From contig NC_081362.1 of NCBI RefSeq assembly GCF_030684315.1, forward strand, positions 13,510,589-13,574,588: a stretch of DNA of 64,000 bases, in the 5' to 3' direction. Below the pieces are notes generated by a model. That model was not told where the DNA came from and searched no databases. It saw only the letters and a program-made list of their open reading frames with translations. The position numbers and the translations under genes were made by a program. Below are positions 50,139-63,329 of this stretch, in pieces (positions within the stretch are counted from its first letter, which is position 1; each line of letters starts with the position of its first letter). The DNA comes from Stegostoma tigrinum. Its lineage: Eukaryota.

Positions 50139-51690
50139 CATAAGAAATAGATATAGGTGTAGGACATTCATCCCCTCAAGTCTGCCGCAACATTCTATAA
50201 AGAACAGAGCTGATATGACACAAGCCTCAGCTCTTCTCCCATACCAGCTCCTTATAGTTTCAACTCCCTGAAATTTCAAAAATGTTTATATTTTATCTTT
50301 GAATGTGTTTATTGATCTAGCCTTCACAGCTCTGTGGGTTAGAGAATTCCAATCATTTGCTATCCTCTGAGAGAATAAATGCCTTTGCATCTCAGTTTTA
50401 AATGAATATCCCTTTCATCCTGTGAACTATGTCCTTCAGTTCAAGATTTGTCCATTCATTGAAATACCCTCTTAACAACAACTGCCCTGAAAATATTCTA
50501 AGTTTCAACAAGAACATCCCTTATTTCTTCTAATCCCTAATGAATAAAAGGCCAACCTATTCAACTGTTCCTGATAATTGACTCTTTTGTCCCGAGAAAC
50601 ATCCAAGTGAATCTCTTTATAATTGCTTCCAATGCAAGTACATCCTTTCTTAATTATGGAGAATAAAACCATCCACAGTACCCCAGGTGCAGCCTCACCA
50701 TAACCCTCTGACTCCCTAAAAATATAAGCCAAAATTCTATTGTCTTCTTGATTACTTGCCGCACATGCATGCTTTTTTTTGTATTTCATCCATGAAAACA
50801 TCTAAATCCACTGTGTTGCACTTCTTTGGATTCCCTCTACTTACAAAATTCTTCGTAACTGAAGAGTGTACCTTACATTTTGTTACATTAAACTCCATTT
50901 GACAAATCTTTGCCTACTGACTTACCTATCTATATCCTGTTGTAGATTCATTGTGTCCTCAGCACAGCATGCCCACTCACCTGTTTTTGTCAGCAAACCT
51001 GGGCACACTGCACACTGCCCCCTTCTTCAAGCCATTAATATCGATAACAAATAATTGAGGTCCTAGGACTGATCCTTGCGGCATTCCACTAGTTAGATAT
51101 TACCCCAAATACCATGAGCTCATATCTTGTGCAATAACCTTCTCTGTGTCACCTTATTGAATGCCTTCTGGAAATCCAAACACACTTCATTTCTCCTTTA
51201 TCAATTCTCTTGCTGTACCCTGAAAGAACTCCAGCAAATTTGTCGAACATCATTTCCCTTTCACAAAACCACATTGAATCTGTTTGATTTTATTGAGTTT
51301 TTCTAAATATCCTGATCTTTCTTTCTTGAAAATGGCATCTGGAATTTTCCCAATGTTAGGCCTATTTTCCTGCTTACTTGTTCACTCCCTTCTTGAACAG
51401 GAGTGTTGCATTATGGGAGTTGCCAATTAGTTGGACCCATCTAGGAGTGCAATGACTTCTTCATACTTTGACCAATTCTTCCGTTATCTTTACAGCCACT
51501 TCCTTGAAAATGCTTTGATGCAGGCAATCAGATCTTGGTGACGCGTCTGCCTTCAGTCCTGTTAGATGGTCGAATGCTTTGTCCCTTGTGAAAGAGACTG
51601 TTACAGGCCCTTTCTTTCTCTTAAAGCCTTCTTATCATTTGGGATGTTTGCAATATCCTCCACTGTAGACTGACTTAAAAACGGTTTGAA
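50139..51690 (-). mobile_element. Old CR1 LINE fragment
   Basis: Diverged CR1 ORF2/3' sequence (gatccttgcggcattccactagt; aatgccttctggaaatccaaa; catttccctttcacaaaaccac). Confidence 0.8.
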
Positions 51691-53807
51691 TTATCTATCA
51701 TGTTGCCCAAATGCATCCCAAATTTCGAGATAGGCCGTGGTTCAGAGCATGTCCAAAGAATGATCTATCCATCGATTGTCTGGCCAATGACTTTATTTTC
51801 TATTTTGAATAATTCTTTAACTGCTTTAAGCATCTTTCTCTCTGAGAATACCATCTAGATTATCTTTACATGCAATTACAAATATCCTGTATAATGAATA
51901 TGTTTTGTTCCCCCATCCATATTTTGTAAAATGCTCTTCACACTCTACGACTTTCACTTCTCCTTATATCACAACAGAAATATTAGTTTAAAGAAATTGC
52001 AACTTGGAATTTGCAAACATTTACATTTATGTTGAAACACAAAAGGAACTCAGCATTCAGAAGATTATATTATGTATCAAAAGTCGAAAAGCTGTGAAAT
52101 AGAATAAATAAGCAGCAGAATATATGATAAATTTACAGTATTCACACAATAAAATGTAATGTATTGTGTGGGAATTGGTGATGGCAATAGAAGGCATTTT
52201 CTAAAACCTGATAAGAAACCTTGTGCTTAGAAAATGATTGAGCAATAACCTTCAGTCTGTCAGCACTGGAGCTGACAATGACTTGCACATTGCCAAGCTA
52301 ATGGATGATTTCACAGGCAGTGTTTATAGGTTCCAGTAATGGGTCTATGTTGATGCAGGGCAGCAGACCTGGTTAAAGATCAGGACAAATAGTCACATAT
52401 CGGATAACATCTAATTGGCAGGTCACAGACAAATGAGTGTGGCCTTGGCCCATCTGAAAGGGGTTTTTACATGATAAAGACACTTGTAAACAATTCACTC
52501 ACAGAACATGGGAATAATATGTAGATCCTGCATGTAATGAGGTGTTCCTGGAATCAATAGACTAGTCATGAAGAATGGGTAGCAAGGTCACAGCCTGCCT
52601 TTTTCATGACCCTTCCTATCCAGTAAGGACATCATATAGTCTGAAGAGGACTTTTCTCATATTCCTGGAGGCTCTGAGTGTCAGAACTTTCATTTGCGAC
52701 AAGCAAATGATCAGCCAGGCGCTGCATGCTAATGAACACAAAGCTATTTTCCACCTTTTTTATCTGCACATTATGCTCTTGACTTTGGAGAAGGTGGGAA
52801 TTAGGTTGGACCTCAGTGTCAGACTGGCTGATGGTTTGGCTGAGGAACGCCGGTAATTGAAGCTGATGATTAATGCAGAACAGGTCTGAATTTGGAAATA
52901 AACAGTTTCAAGCACTGTATGTGATGTTTGCAGAGAAGACTGAGTGAATGAAAATGAATTTGACTTCTCAGCCTAAAGAGACTTTCACAGCGAGAACAAA
53001 TTTTTTTCTTCAACAAAAATGTACACAACAGCATTGGTCATTAAAACAGTAAAAGATGAACATTAGTCTAGAATTACAGAAAATTATCCTCTGCTGCTTT
53101 GCATTAAATTTGTAATAAAACTAAATAAAAAAAGGTATTTTTATACATCGGCTGTTTAAAGGTACGAGACAACAAATCCTGGTTAAATTTGTAGCTTTCC
53201 TACCTTGCTTGTATTTGCAGGGACTAAAAGAATATTTTGTTTAATTTACATTAGTTCTTCCATTGTTTGTTTTCAAATCTCCCACCTGGAATTTTAAAAA
53301 GTTAGTCTCAGCATTTAGAGAGAAGCTACAAAATGAAATGGAATTTAATTCTATTTCAATTAGTATTGTATGTGGTGATTATGTCACCTGAAAGTTAGAG
53401 ATGTTAGCAATATTTAGTGATTAGGCTGCATAATAAACAGTCAACTTGGTTTCAATTAAGGTTTTTCATTCAGTTTTTTGTAATAACATGAGGAATAGTA
53501 ATCATGATTTTCCATATTTTTCAATGTGAAGCTTAAGGAATTATAACTTCCAGTTGCTGCTCTGATGTTTAAAACTGAAAATCACATGAATAACAGGTAG
53601 ACATGAATATGTATAGTCACACAACCGTTGGACCAGCTCGAGGATATAAGTTTGAACATTTCAATCTTCCTTCTCAAAGAGAACACTTACAACATTATTA
53701 TTTTGTTTTCAGCGCATTTCAATTGACAAACAGTAAATATACAAGATTTTTCCCTATCCAACCTCCATCCTCACGTTTGCTCAATTTGTTATTTCTTCAG
53801 TTTCATA

Positions 53808-53885
53808 AATCAGAAAATGTCAAAGGTCACCAGGCATCCAGAAGTAGTATGAATTATGTGCAGTCACTTCGCAGCACATTGGTAC
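53808..53885 (+). repeat. 78-bp direct repeat, copy 1
   Basis: Matches 58846-58923 with 3 substitutions. Confidence 0.9.
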
Positions 53886-55064
53886 CCTAAGCTGTCAAAT
53901 CACTAAGCGATAAGGACAGGCTCAAAATTCACAATTCTCAACCAGTAAAGTTCCTGGTCCTGGGCATGGCAACCCACAACCAAGCATTTCTCCGCAGAGG
54001 GAGAGAAAATGTCAAATTAGTTCAACCTGAATAACTCCTTGAGATTGACCAGGTACTGAAACAGCACTGGCAAAGAGTTGGAACATGTCACCTGCACACG
54101 TTTTTAGCTCCGAAACAGTTCAAAGCACAAAAGGAAAAGTAGAGAAGAACAAGATACATTCCCTGCAAAGAGGTAAATAACCTTTAAGTAAATTATTACT
54201 AACTTAACAGCCAAGTATGGCACTCTAATGAATGTGGGTAAAGTCAACCTGTGCTTGACTCTCAGACGGATGCTGAAGTGAAACCAATGCAGTGCTGGAA
54301 ATTACTTTATTTTAATACAAAGCTGTAGATGTTGTATTTCTGACAACACATGACCTTTTGCTATGTGCTGAAAGCCTTCTATTATGGTAAAGTGTTATCT
54401 CTCCTGGTCTTTCAAATTCCACTGTGATGCAGAATTCTGCTTCCTTGTCAGCAAGCACCACTACATTCTCAAACTCAAAATGAGATAAAGATGCTTTTGT
54501 AGTCCACCACAAGCCTTGCATTACAACAGAATTTTTATTTCATCATGTGGAGAATTCAGTACTTCTTGATGTAGCCGGACTAGAGAGCATTCTTTGTCTA
54601 ATGTTTTGTAAGGAAGAAAAGATGCAGAGGGGTTCTGATTCACTGTTGAAAGTTCTGAACAATTTAGTAATATTACAATTTAATTTAATCTCAAAACTTT
54701 TCATCATTACACATTCGAACTGATATGATTATCTCTGGGCAGTCATGGACAAACAGGGGAAACAATTCCACATTGCTTGCAAGAACCTTCTGGATTTTGC
54801 AGTCATAATGAAATATTTAGAACCTGACAGCAAGTCCTGAAGTCTGTGCTTGCATGGTTAAACATGGAAATCTAGCAAATTATTTCTGTGAGACTATGCT
54901 TCCCATAGGATAATGGTTTTCACACTAGCATTGCTAGGGAGTTGTATTGATTTTCAGGAGATCTGTGAAGCAGTTGGTTGAAATGGTTAATGTGGAGTAA
55001 CAGTTGGAAGCCCAATTATCAGATTAAGAGGAGTGGTGGCCAGAGGTGTGTTTTGATCCCCTCA

Positions 55065-55400
55065 TGCCCTTGCTCTGAACTGCTCTTGTTCTTACTCTGC
55101 TGATTCTGTTTCTCCTTTGCTTCTGCAGTACCTCTGCTCCTGGTTCTGATGTTCTGCTTTCTCCATGGCCCTGTTAGCTCCCTTTTCCTGCTGTCTCTTG
55201 GGTTCTGTTGTCTCCCTGCTATCACCCAGGTCCTGCTACACTGAGCTTCTGCTATCTCCATGCTCCTTTCCCTTCATATTTTTGCTCTTTTTGGCATCTT
55301 GCTGCCACAGTGCTCCTGTACTATCTGGACTCCTGCTTTCTGTATGCTTGCCTTGCGCTACTACTCCTGCTTTCTCCACCCTTCTCTCGAGCCCTTGCCA
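55065..55400. repeat. Pyrimidine-rich low-complexity tract (recurrent TGCT/CTGCT)
   Basis: Strong C/T strand bias; gives rise to several overlapping spurious ORFs. Confidence 0.65.
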
Positions 55401-55554
55401 AGGATAAGACAGACTGAACTGAGAGAAAAGAAGATCTCATCTATTTCACTGATATCTTCTAAATAATCTCCTGTTTTCTTGAAAGCATCAATAGCACCTT
55501 TCACTTGCAACACTTTTGGATCTACCACAGAAGCTTTAGAAGCTGGGTCGTTAA

Positions 55555-55712
55555 GTATATTCTAGGCTGGGATAAATTTTAATCAGTAAGGGAATCACGG
55601 ATTATGGGGAACTTGGTGGTGAGGATTATCAGATCAACCATGATTTCATTGAATGGTAGAGCGGACTAAATGGGCTGAATGACCCATTTTTGCTCCTATG
55701 TCTTCTAGTATT
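55555..55712 (+). mobile_element. CR1-like 3' UTR fragment
   Basis: gatcaaccatgatttcattgaatggtagagcggactaaatgggctgaatgacc..tgctcctatgtctt. Confidence 0.65.
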
Positions 55713-56862
55713 ATGGTAATGTGTAGCAACATTACAACTTTTGGAACACTGCTTACAATTAGATAATTCCCAAGTTCTTACAAATTATCTGTTTTGACTG
55801 TTAATATTTAACTATGAATATTTGACACTTTACCCCCACTCCCCACCACATATCTGTTTGGCTTGAGACCATAACTTCCTTTGGGTTTCTTTGTTCCTTT
55901 GGAGTATATATAGGATACATGTGTTCCTTCATCATTATCTGTGAAAGTGTATGCAGGGGTGGACTGGGATGGCAGCTTCTCTGCAGCCAAGAATGTTTCC
56001 AAAGCTCCAACAGAAAGTAGAAGTGCATCATTGTCAGCCAGGAAATATCTTTATGGACCAGCTGTATAAGAAGTTCCTACATAGTTTTATGCTCCCAGCT
56101 GCGGTTATGACTAAACAAGTCAGATCCCAGGCAGGACATATCATATTTTTATTTGCTTTAGTATGAGCCAGGTGGAGTCTTGCTGAAATATGCATTTGCA
56201 ATGCTGCAGATTCTGTTTTATTTCCAAAACAGAAGCTTATTAACAAAAGAAAAGTTATAAATAGAATAAACTAAACTATTGACTTATAACTCAAAATTAA
56301 AGATTTTCAGAAACAATTAAAGCATAATCCCAAAATGCTCCTTTATAAATTGAAAAGAAAAATAAAAGCTTTTGTGTAGCATCCCAAGTACATCCCCAGT
56401 GCAGTACCCAAAAACGCCACTTGTACAGTACTCTAGGAGCACAAGCAGGATTCTCCAGCATCTGCAGTTCCCATTATTTCCATACAGTACTCTCATGTCT
56501 CTAACATCTCAGTAGGGAAAGTCATTTGTGGTTTTAACTTATAGACTGGAACTGCAAATAACTTCTTTCTGGAGCTATCATACACCCAAGCATCCATGAA
56601 CTCAGCTTTAAGTAAACACTTCAGGGTTTTAACCCCATACCTCTGATCTGGGACTAATACCAGCTCTTTAAGATAATCGAGTTTCACATAACTTTCGCTT
56701 CTCGGAAGGATTTGATTTCTCCAACAATCTACATCCAAGGATTTCACAGGACTGTTCAAAACTCACAGTAAAGCTAAAAAGATGTCTATGCAATGGGTGT
56801 TTCCTGTTATCCTACATAAGCATCTCCCAAACTTCTAAACATGAACTTGTTTATATTGTTCA

Positions 56863-57850
56863 TTTGATTTGATTTGATTAATTGTAGTCACAAGTACCTA
56901 AGTGCAGTGAAAACATTAATTTGCGAGCAGTACAGGCAGATCATAGCAAACAAGGACATAGAGATTACAGGTTGCTTAGGCAGAGTGAGGCATACAAGGT
57001 TATGGTTGCACAGGAGGTGCACAAAACAAGACCAATATTAGCCAGATCAACATTATTTGAAGTTAGACAGATCCATTCAGCAGTGTAATAACAGCAGGAA
57101 AGAAGCTGTCAGTGCAAATGTTCAAGCTTCTGTATCTTCTGCTTGAAAGAAGGGGTGAGAAGAGAGTATTACTGGGGTGGGAGGGAGCTTTGATGATGTT
57201 GGTAGCCTTTCTGCAGCCATGAGCAGTCTAAATGGAGTCCATGGATGAGAGATTGGCTTCCATGATGGTCTGGCCTGTGTACATAACTTTCTGTAGTTTC
57301 TTACGGTCTGTAAAAGTTAGTGAGGTTCCTTATAGACACGTCGAATTTCCTAAGCCTCCTGAGAAAGAAAAGGTGTTGTTGTGCCTTCTTGACCGTTGCA
57401 TCTACATGGGAGCACCAGGACAGATTGTTGGTTATCATCACTCCGAGGAACTTGACAGTCTCCACGGGGGCGTGACCTCCTCCTTTCTTCTTGAAATAAC
57501 TGATCAGTTCCTTTGTTTTGCCAACAAGGAGAGAGAGGTTGTTATTATTGTACCGGGCACTCTATCTCCTTACTGTATTCTGACTCATCGTTTGATATCT
57601 GCCCTACCATGAGGTGTCATCAGCAAACTTGCAGATGGCATTCGTACGGAATTTGGCTACGCAGTTGTGGATGTGCAAGGAGTACAGCAGGGGACTGAGA
57701 ACACATCCTTGGAGGATACCAGTGTTGAGGATTATTGTCAAGAAGGTGTTGTTGGAAGCTAAAGATCCAGCTGCAGAGGGCTGATCTGAAACCTAGGTCT
57801 CAGAGTTTTAAGATTGGTCTGGTAGTGATTATGGCATTGAAAGCTGAGCT
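56863..57850 (-). mobile_element. Rex1/Babar-like LINE, same family as 5790-6536
   Basis: (TTTGA)n tail and reverse-complement similarity to 5790-6536; extends further 5'. Confidence 0.75.
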
Positions 57851-58845
57851 ATTCAATCATAAAATTTTTGCTGATCAAATGCTGAATATTGAATATTGGA
57901 ATTATCCAGTTTAGACTTAAGCATGTTGCTTTCTGAGGACTGCTTTCAATCACTTGATGGACTGTTTCCAAAATTTCTCAAAATATGTCAAGTTCATGTT
58001 GACATTCCTGTGAGTGATTTTGAAGATATGTTATATTCACCCATGCCTGAAGCTCCAAATTCCATGAAGCTCTAAGGCCTAATTTCTGCATAATTTCTGA
58101 GGCTTCGTTTCTGCATGATTGAAGATCCCTTTCTAAATCCATAATCTGGGAGATCTCAGATATTGTGGTCATCTTTATGGTTATAGAACATTTTTGAAGT
58201 TTTGCTTGTGTTCATTTGTAATTGAAGAAGTAAATGGTCCTTTTTCTTCTTCACAGGGACAAAATTATTCATCTAAACATGGCCGCTATTGCTGTTATTG
58301 CAGATCCATCGCGGGTTCTGTGAAATAAGTAGACAATTTAACTTCTATCAGCTCCTTCAATAAAAGATGATTCTTCTCAAAAGAGACAGTAGAGACTTCA
58401 TAAACAATGCCGCTCAAATCCAAGAGTACAGGAAGGTTTCTGCTCTTACTCCAGCAAATAAACAGTAAGGTGGATTCCTCCACTGTCCATCCTGACCAAG
58501 CAAACTAGAGTCCTGAATAATCTCCTGTTAACGGTGACCTTTATTTTCAGTGGAGCTTTCCCCATCATTTTGAGTTTCTCTGTGAGTAATGAGGAATTTG
58601 CATTATTTTACTCATGCCTTCATGCTGTCGTGTTTCTGGCACAGGCAGCTCTGCTTAATAAAGAAACGTAATGATTAGAAATGTGTATGTCTGAATCATT
58701 CATTTCACTCGTGGTAAAATTTAAATTAAAATTGAAGGATAATCGGTGCAATGTGCTTCTTTTTTAGACCGGGTGAAAGATTCTCGATGACATCACTTTT
58801 GCTGGATTCTTGGGGATCCTTTTAATTTGGAATCTGATTTAGACC

Positions 58846-58923
58846 AATCAGAAAATGTCAAAGGTCACCAGGCATCCAAAAGTAGTATGAATTATGTGCA
58901 GTCACTTTGCAGCACGTTGGTAC
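58846..58923 (+). repeat. 78-bp direct repeat, copy 2
   Basis: Matches 53808-53885. Confidence 0.9.
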
Positions 58924-59590
58924 ATGGAGGTTACAAGAGTTTTATGAAGAACATTCATCAAGGCCAGTTGTGAGTGACATTGCTCTGTTCCTGCTGTGAA
59001 ATCTGGGGCAACATTCTCAATACAGCCAGAGATGGATTGGGGTAAGAAGTTCATCAAACCAGGAATTTCTTGAATTTTTGCTTGGTTAGCTTCTCTCACC
59101 CGCAACTCAAATGCAAAGTATGCAAAGTGCCACGGCCATCCCAATGAAAGGAAGAAAAATATTTCAGATTCCAATTCTTTACTGCAAAACTGTGATGTAT
59201 GCTGCAAAATGGATATTGGTCATGATGCTCCAATGAATGAACAATGTGCCAATCAATATTCTTTGCATATGATCAAACATGATGAATTGGCACTTTATGA
59301 AGATACCAGAGGACTAGAATCACCTGTGAAATTATGTTACAACACATCACTGCCTCAGGGATGCAAGGAGAATATTGGGCTGGTATGGTTTAGGCATATT
59401 GGTGGGATGTCGAAAAATTCAGAACAAAGAATCTTAAATTCAATTCATCCCAAAGAGGTTAGTTTTTCATGTGCAGCTGTTGCTAAAATTGAGATGCAAA
59501 ACTGAGTTAAATAATTAATTCTGAAAAAAGAACTCACAGGTCATTTGTCTGTCCTTGTTCAACGTGGCCTATATTTCTGAAACATAAACT

Positions 59591-60341
59591 GTAGCCGGAA
59601 GGCAAAGTACTGGGCTAATGGTAAGATTCTTGGTAGTGTAGATGAGAAGAGAGATCTCGGTGTCCATGTACACAGATCCTTGAAAGTTGCCACCCAGGTT
59701 GACAGGCCTGTTAAGAAGGCATACAGTGTTTTAGCTTTTATTAATAGAGGGATCGAGTTCTGGAACCAAGAGGTTATGGTGAAGCTGTACAAAACTCTGG
59801 TGTGGCCACACTTAGAGTATTGCGTACAGTTCTGGTCACCGCATTATAAAGAAGGATGTGGAAGCTTTGGAAAGGGTGCAGAGGAGATTTACTAGGATGT
59901 TGCCTGGTATGGAGGGAAGGTCTTACGAGGAAAGGCTGAGGAACTTGAGGCTGTTTTCGTTAGAGAGAAGAAGGTTGAGAGGTGACTTAATTGAGACATA
60001 TAAAATAATCAGAGGGTTAGATAGGTGGATAGGGAGAGCCTTGTTCCTAGGATGGTGACAGCGAGCATGAGGGGGCATAGCTTTAAATTGAGGGGTGAAA
60101 GATATAGGACAGATGTCAGAGGTAGTTTCTTTACTCAGAGAGTAGTAAGGGAATGGAATGCTTTGCCTGCAACGGTAGTAGATTCGCCAACTTTAAGTAC
60201 ATTTAAGTCGTCATTGGACAAGCATATGGACGTACATGGAATAGTATAGGTTAGATGGGCTTCAGATTGGTATGACAGGTCGGCACAACATCGAGGGCCG
60301 AAGGGCCTGTACTGTGCTGTAATGTTCTATGTTCTATGTTT
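59591..60341 (+). mobile_element. Young 5'-truncated CR1 LINE with 7-bp TSD
   Basis: PHLEYCVQFWSP and RFTRMLPGMEG; (GTTCTAT)n tail; ataaact at 59584-59590 and 60342-60348; very similar to the reverse complement of 12515-13230. Confidence 0.93.
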
Positions 60342-61953
60342 ATAAACTTCCCCAATGCTTTGCCTTGTATAGAGGCAGCTCCGAATATCAAATGAGCTCC
60401 CTTGCGCAATTCAGAGTTTAATCCTTTCTGGTTTGTAGGTTGCATTATAATGCAAATAAATGTGTTGAAAGAATGCTCGATTTGGGACCACCTTTACTGA
60501 CTAAAACAATGTAAGGAATGACATTGCTGAAATATTAAATAACTCGTTCACATTGGAGGCAGTACAAATCTGTATAAATATTCCATGAGCGTGTCACATT
60601 AATATAGACGTCTTTATTTAATTAAACAGTAACTATAAAATATCTTATACATATAATGACACTGCTAAATCCTTTCTGAAAAAAAGGATTCTAGCTGGAG
60701 ATTCTTTTGTATTGTGATTCCTTTAATTTTATCTAATATTGACACACGATTAACAGTCAAATTTGTATATTTTTGTGCAATGCAGTAGACTTGATAAATA
60801 CTTTAGCAACACTAAAATCTTTAACCATTATATTAATTCTAACACAGTAACTGATTAAGGACCAAGTGTATACTGAATTATCTGATAGACTCAAATGATG
60901 TCAAGGACATAGCTGTATGCACATTGATAAAGACATGACCTACTTTCAATGCTTCAGAAGAAAGGCTCAGAATCTGTAGGTGGAAATACATACAAGGGAC
61001 TGCAGTCTATTCCCTTTGTTTTGTCTCCTCACATGGTGGGTGACATTGAAGCATTTCAGAGGATGTCACAAGTAATTCCCAGCCTGAAGCACCTTAGCAT
61101 CCAAATAGGCTCAAAGAGCTGTGTTTCTATACTTCATAGATAGGTAGACTGATAGATGACTTAACTAATGTCTATGAAAGTTGAAAAATATTGTGCTTGT
61201 ATATACGGTACAAATTGTTTCAAGTAAGCAGGTCAGGGTCACACAGGGACATGAATTCTCAAGTTATTTAAGGTGGAATTAACTTAGATGTTAGGAGATT
61301 GTTGATTTGCAGAGAATAGCACACCAGCTATCTCATGCGATGTAACTATTTAAATCAACCTGTTCCATTGTGTTATGACATGCCTCCAGAGAGAGTAGGA
61401 CTTGATGTTTGCCTCAGAAGTAGAGACACTACCATTGCATCACAAGAACCCCACCTTATGTGACACATATTTTGATTCAATTGTTCAAGTGAGAACTGGA
61501 CCCAATTTTAAGGTAGAGGAAGGGAGAGATCTACTTGTAAAAGAGGTAAGCACCTGATAATGCTAATTAGGACCAAAATGGCTTCTTGTTCAAGTTGGGA
61601 TCGGTCTTAGAGGTTGGCAAGCAATTTTCCAGATTTTTGTGTCTTATTCGGCCCGGGGTTTTATCTAGTTCATCACTTCTTCCAGGAAATTACTTGGCTT
61701 TTGGTTGAAATGACAAGGGCTTATACAGCTATCTGAACTGAATGGGACAGTCTAGATAGAACAGTATGTTTTTTTCTTTTTCATCATACATTCAGCCATT
61801 AGATTCTTAGTCCAATCGACTGAAAAGTGGGTTCTCTCAGGGAAAATAAAACTGAGAAAAAGGACTAGTAACAACGCCAGTTTAGCACTGAAGGCCTATC
61901 CTGTGCAAAACACACACTTCTTGCAAAGTAACTCATCAGACATGTACATACAG

Positions 61954-62084
61954 AGATAATGGGAACTGCAGATGCTGGAGGTTCCAAGATAATAAAATGT
62001 GAGGCTGGATGAACACAGCAGGCCAAGCAGCATCTCAGGAGCACAAAAGCTGACGTTTCGGGCCTAGACCCTTCATCAGAGAGG
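61954..62084 (-). mobile_element. 131-bp Penelope-derived insert with a perfect 17-bp TSD
   Basis: cagacatgtacatacag at 61937-61953 and 62085-62101. Confidence 0.9.
62049..62082 (-). ncRNA. Minimal hammerhead ribozyme motif (family A)
   Basis: ct-CTGATGA-A-GGGT-ctag-GCCC-GAAA-CGTC-ag; intact core and GUC triplet, but only 2 bp of local stem I. Confidence 0.65.
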
Positions 62085-63329
62085 CAGACATGTACATACA
62101 GTCACCTTGCAATAAGCCCAGCTTATAGACCTCTCCAGCTTTGGAGCCCACATTCCCAGGTATCAAATCATTGCCAGCAGCAATAAGACACATGGCCTAA
62201 TCAACTATATCAAAGAAAACTTCACTCAAGACCCAGAAGACCTAAGTTGGATGACGTCCTACTCCACCTCTATCATAAAAAGTAAATGGGTCACTACAAA
62301 TGTCTATAAGCCACCAATTGACCTTTGACCCAACATCATTAACAACCTGCAGCACACTATGGCAGATGGCAGAATATGAACTCAATAAAAATCTGATGAT
62401 GAAGACTATTGTTGGGGAAACCCATCTGATCCTCTAATGTCTTTCAGGGAAGGTACATGTGACTCTAGACTCATGGCAAAGTGGTTGACTCTTAACAGCC
62501 CTCTGGACAATTAGAGATGAACAATAAATGCTGGCCTAGCTAGTGATACCACGCCCTGCCCCCACCTTCCCCCCAAAAATGACAGGAATATCTGGCTTAT
62601 TTCCATGATCCACAGATCAATAATATTGAGCACTAACTTTGTGTTTCTGGAGTGTATCATTATTGTAGCGTATATCAAAGATTTTAAAGACGCTTTATCC
62701 TCCCTAACTGATTGCAGGATGGTTTATTGGAAAAAAATGTTAAAAGTAACTTTGAAAATATTTTGGACCAGAAACAGAATCCACTAATCTCGGTGCACCC
62801 TGTGAGCTCAGAACATGAGAGGAATTTTAGTCCTCACTGAAACCAAGGATGGGGGTTGACAGGTGCTAAGAACCAGACACTGGTCAATGTGTCAGTTTCT
62901 TGGTTCCATCCCAGAGTTATTGCCCTGGGTGCAGGATGAGGGAGTTGCTCCAACCACAGTATGTCATCAATTGAACTACTAGATTAATGATGGGTTGGGA
63001 TTTTCCAGTCAGCATCACTGCAAAGCAATGGCTGGAGGTGGCCTCCTGGTAGCAATCTGTTCAAGACCAGGGGAACAATGTTCCCAATTCATCTGGAAGT
63101 CCGCACTGCTGCCTGGGTTTGGATACCCAAGCTGTGCAGGCCATCTTGTGGAGATCTTCTCCCACCCTCTAATCTGGTGTCCCAGCTGTTGAATTCATCG
63201 ATTGTTTTATATTCAAAACAGGTGGAGAAAAACCATCTCTTTCTGCGGTGCCCTTTCCCTCATTCATCTGCTAGGGAATCTTGCCGCTGCTTTTGAGCTA
63301 GAGGGCTTTTCAAGTATAGTGTCCACCTG

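Noticed and set aside
55019-55466. Stack of four overlapping ORFs
   Set aside because: Artefact of the stop-poor low-complexity tract.
1386-62084. Recurrent short repeat read as a CRISPR-like array or DNA-transposon MITE
   Set aside because: Copies are dispersed in both orientations with variable TSDs and link to a Penelope-type ORF; there are no regular spacers, cas genes or fixed TIR/TSD pattern.
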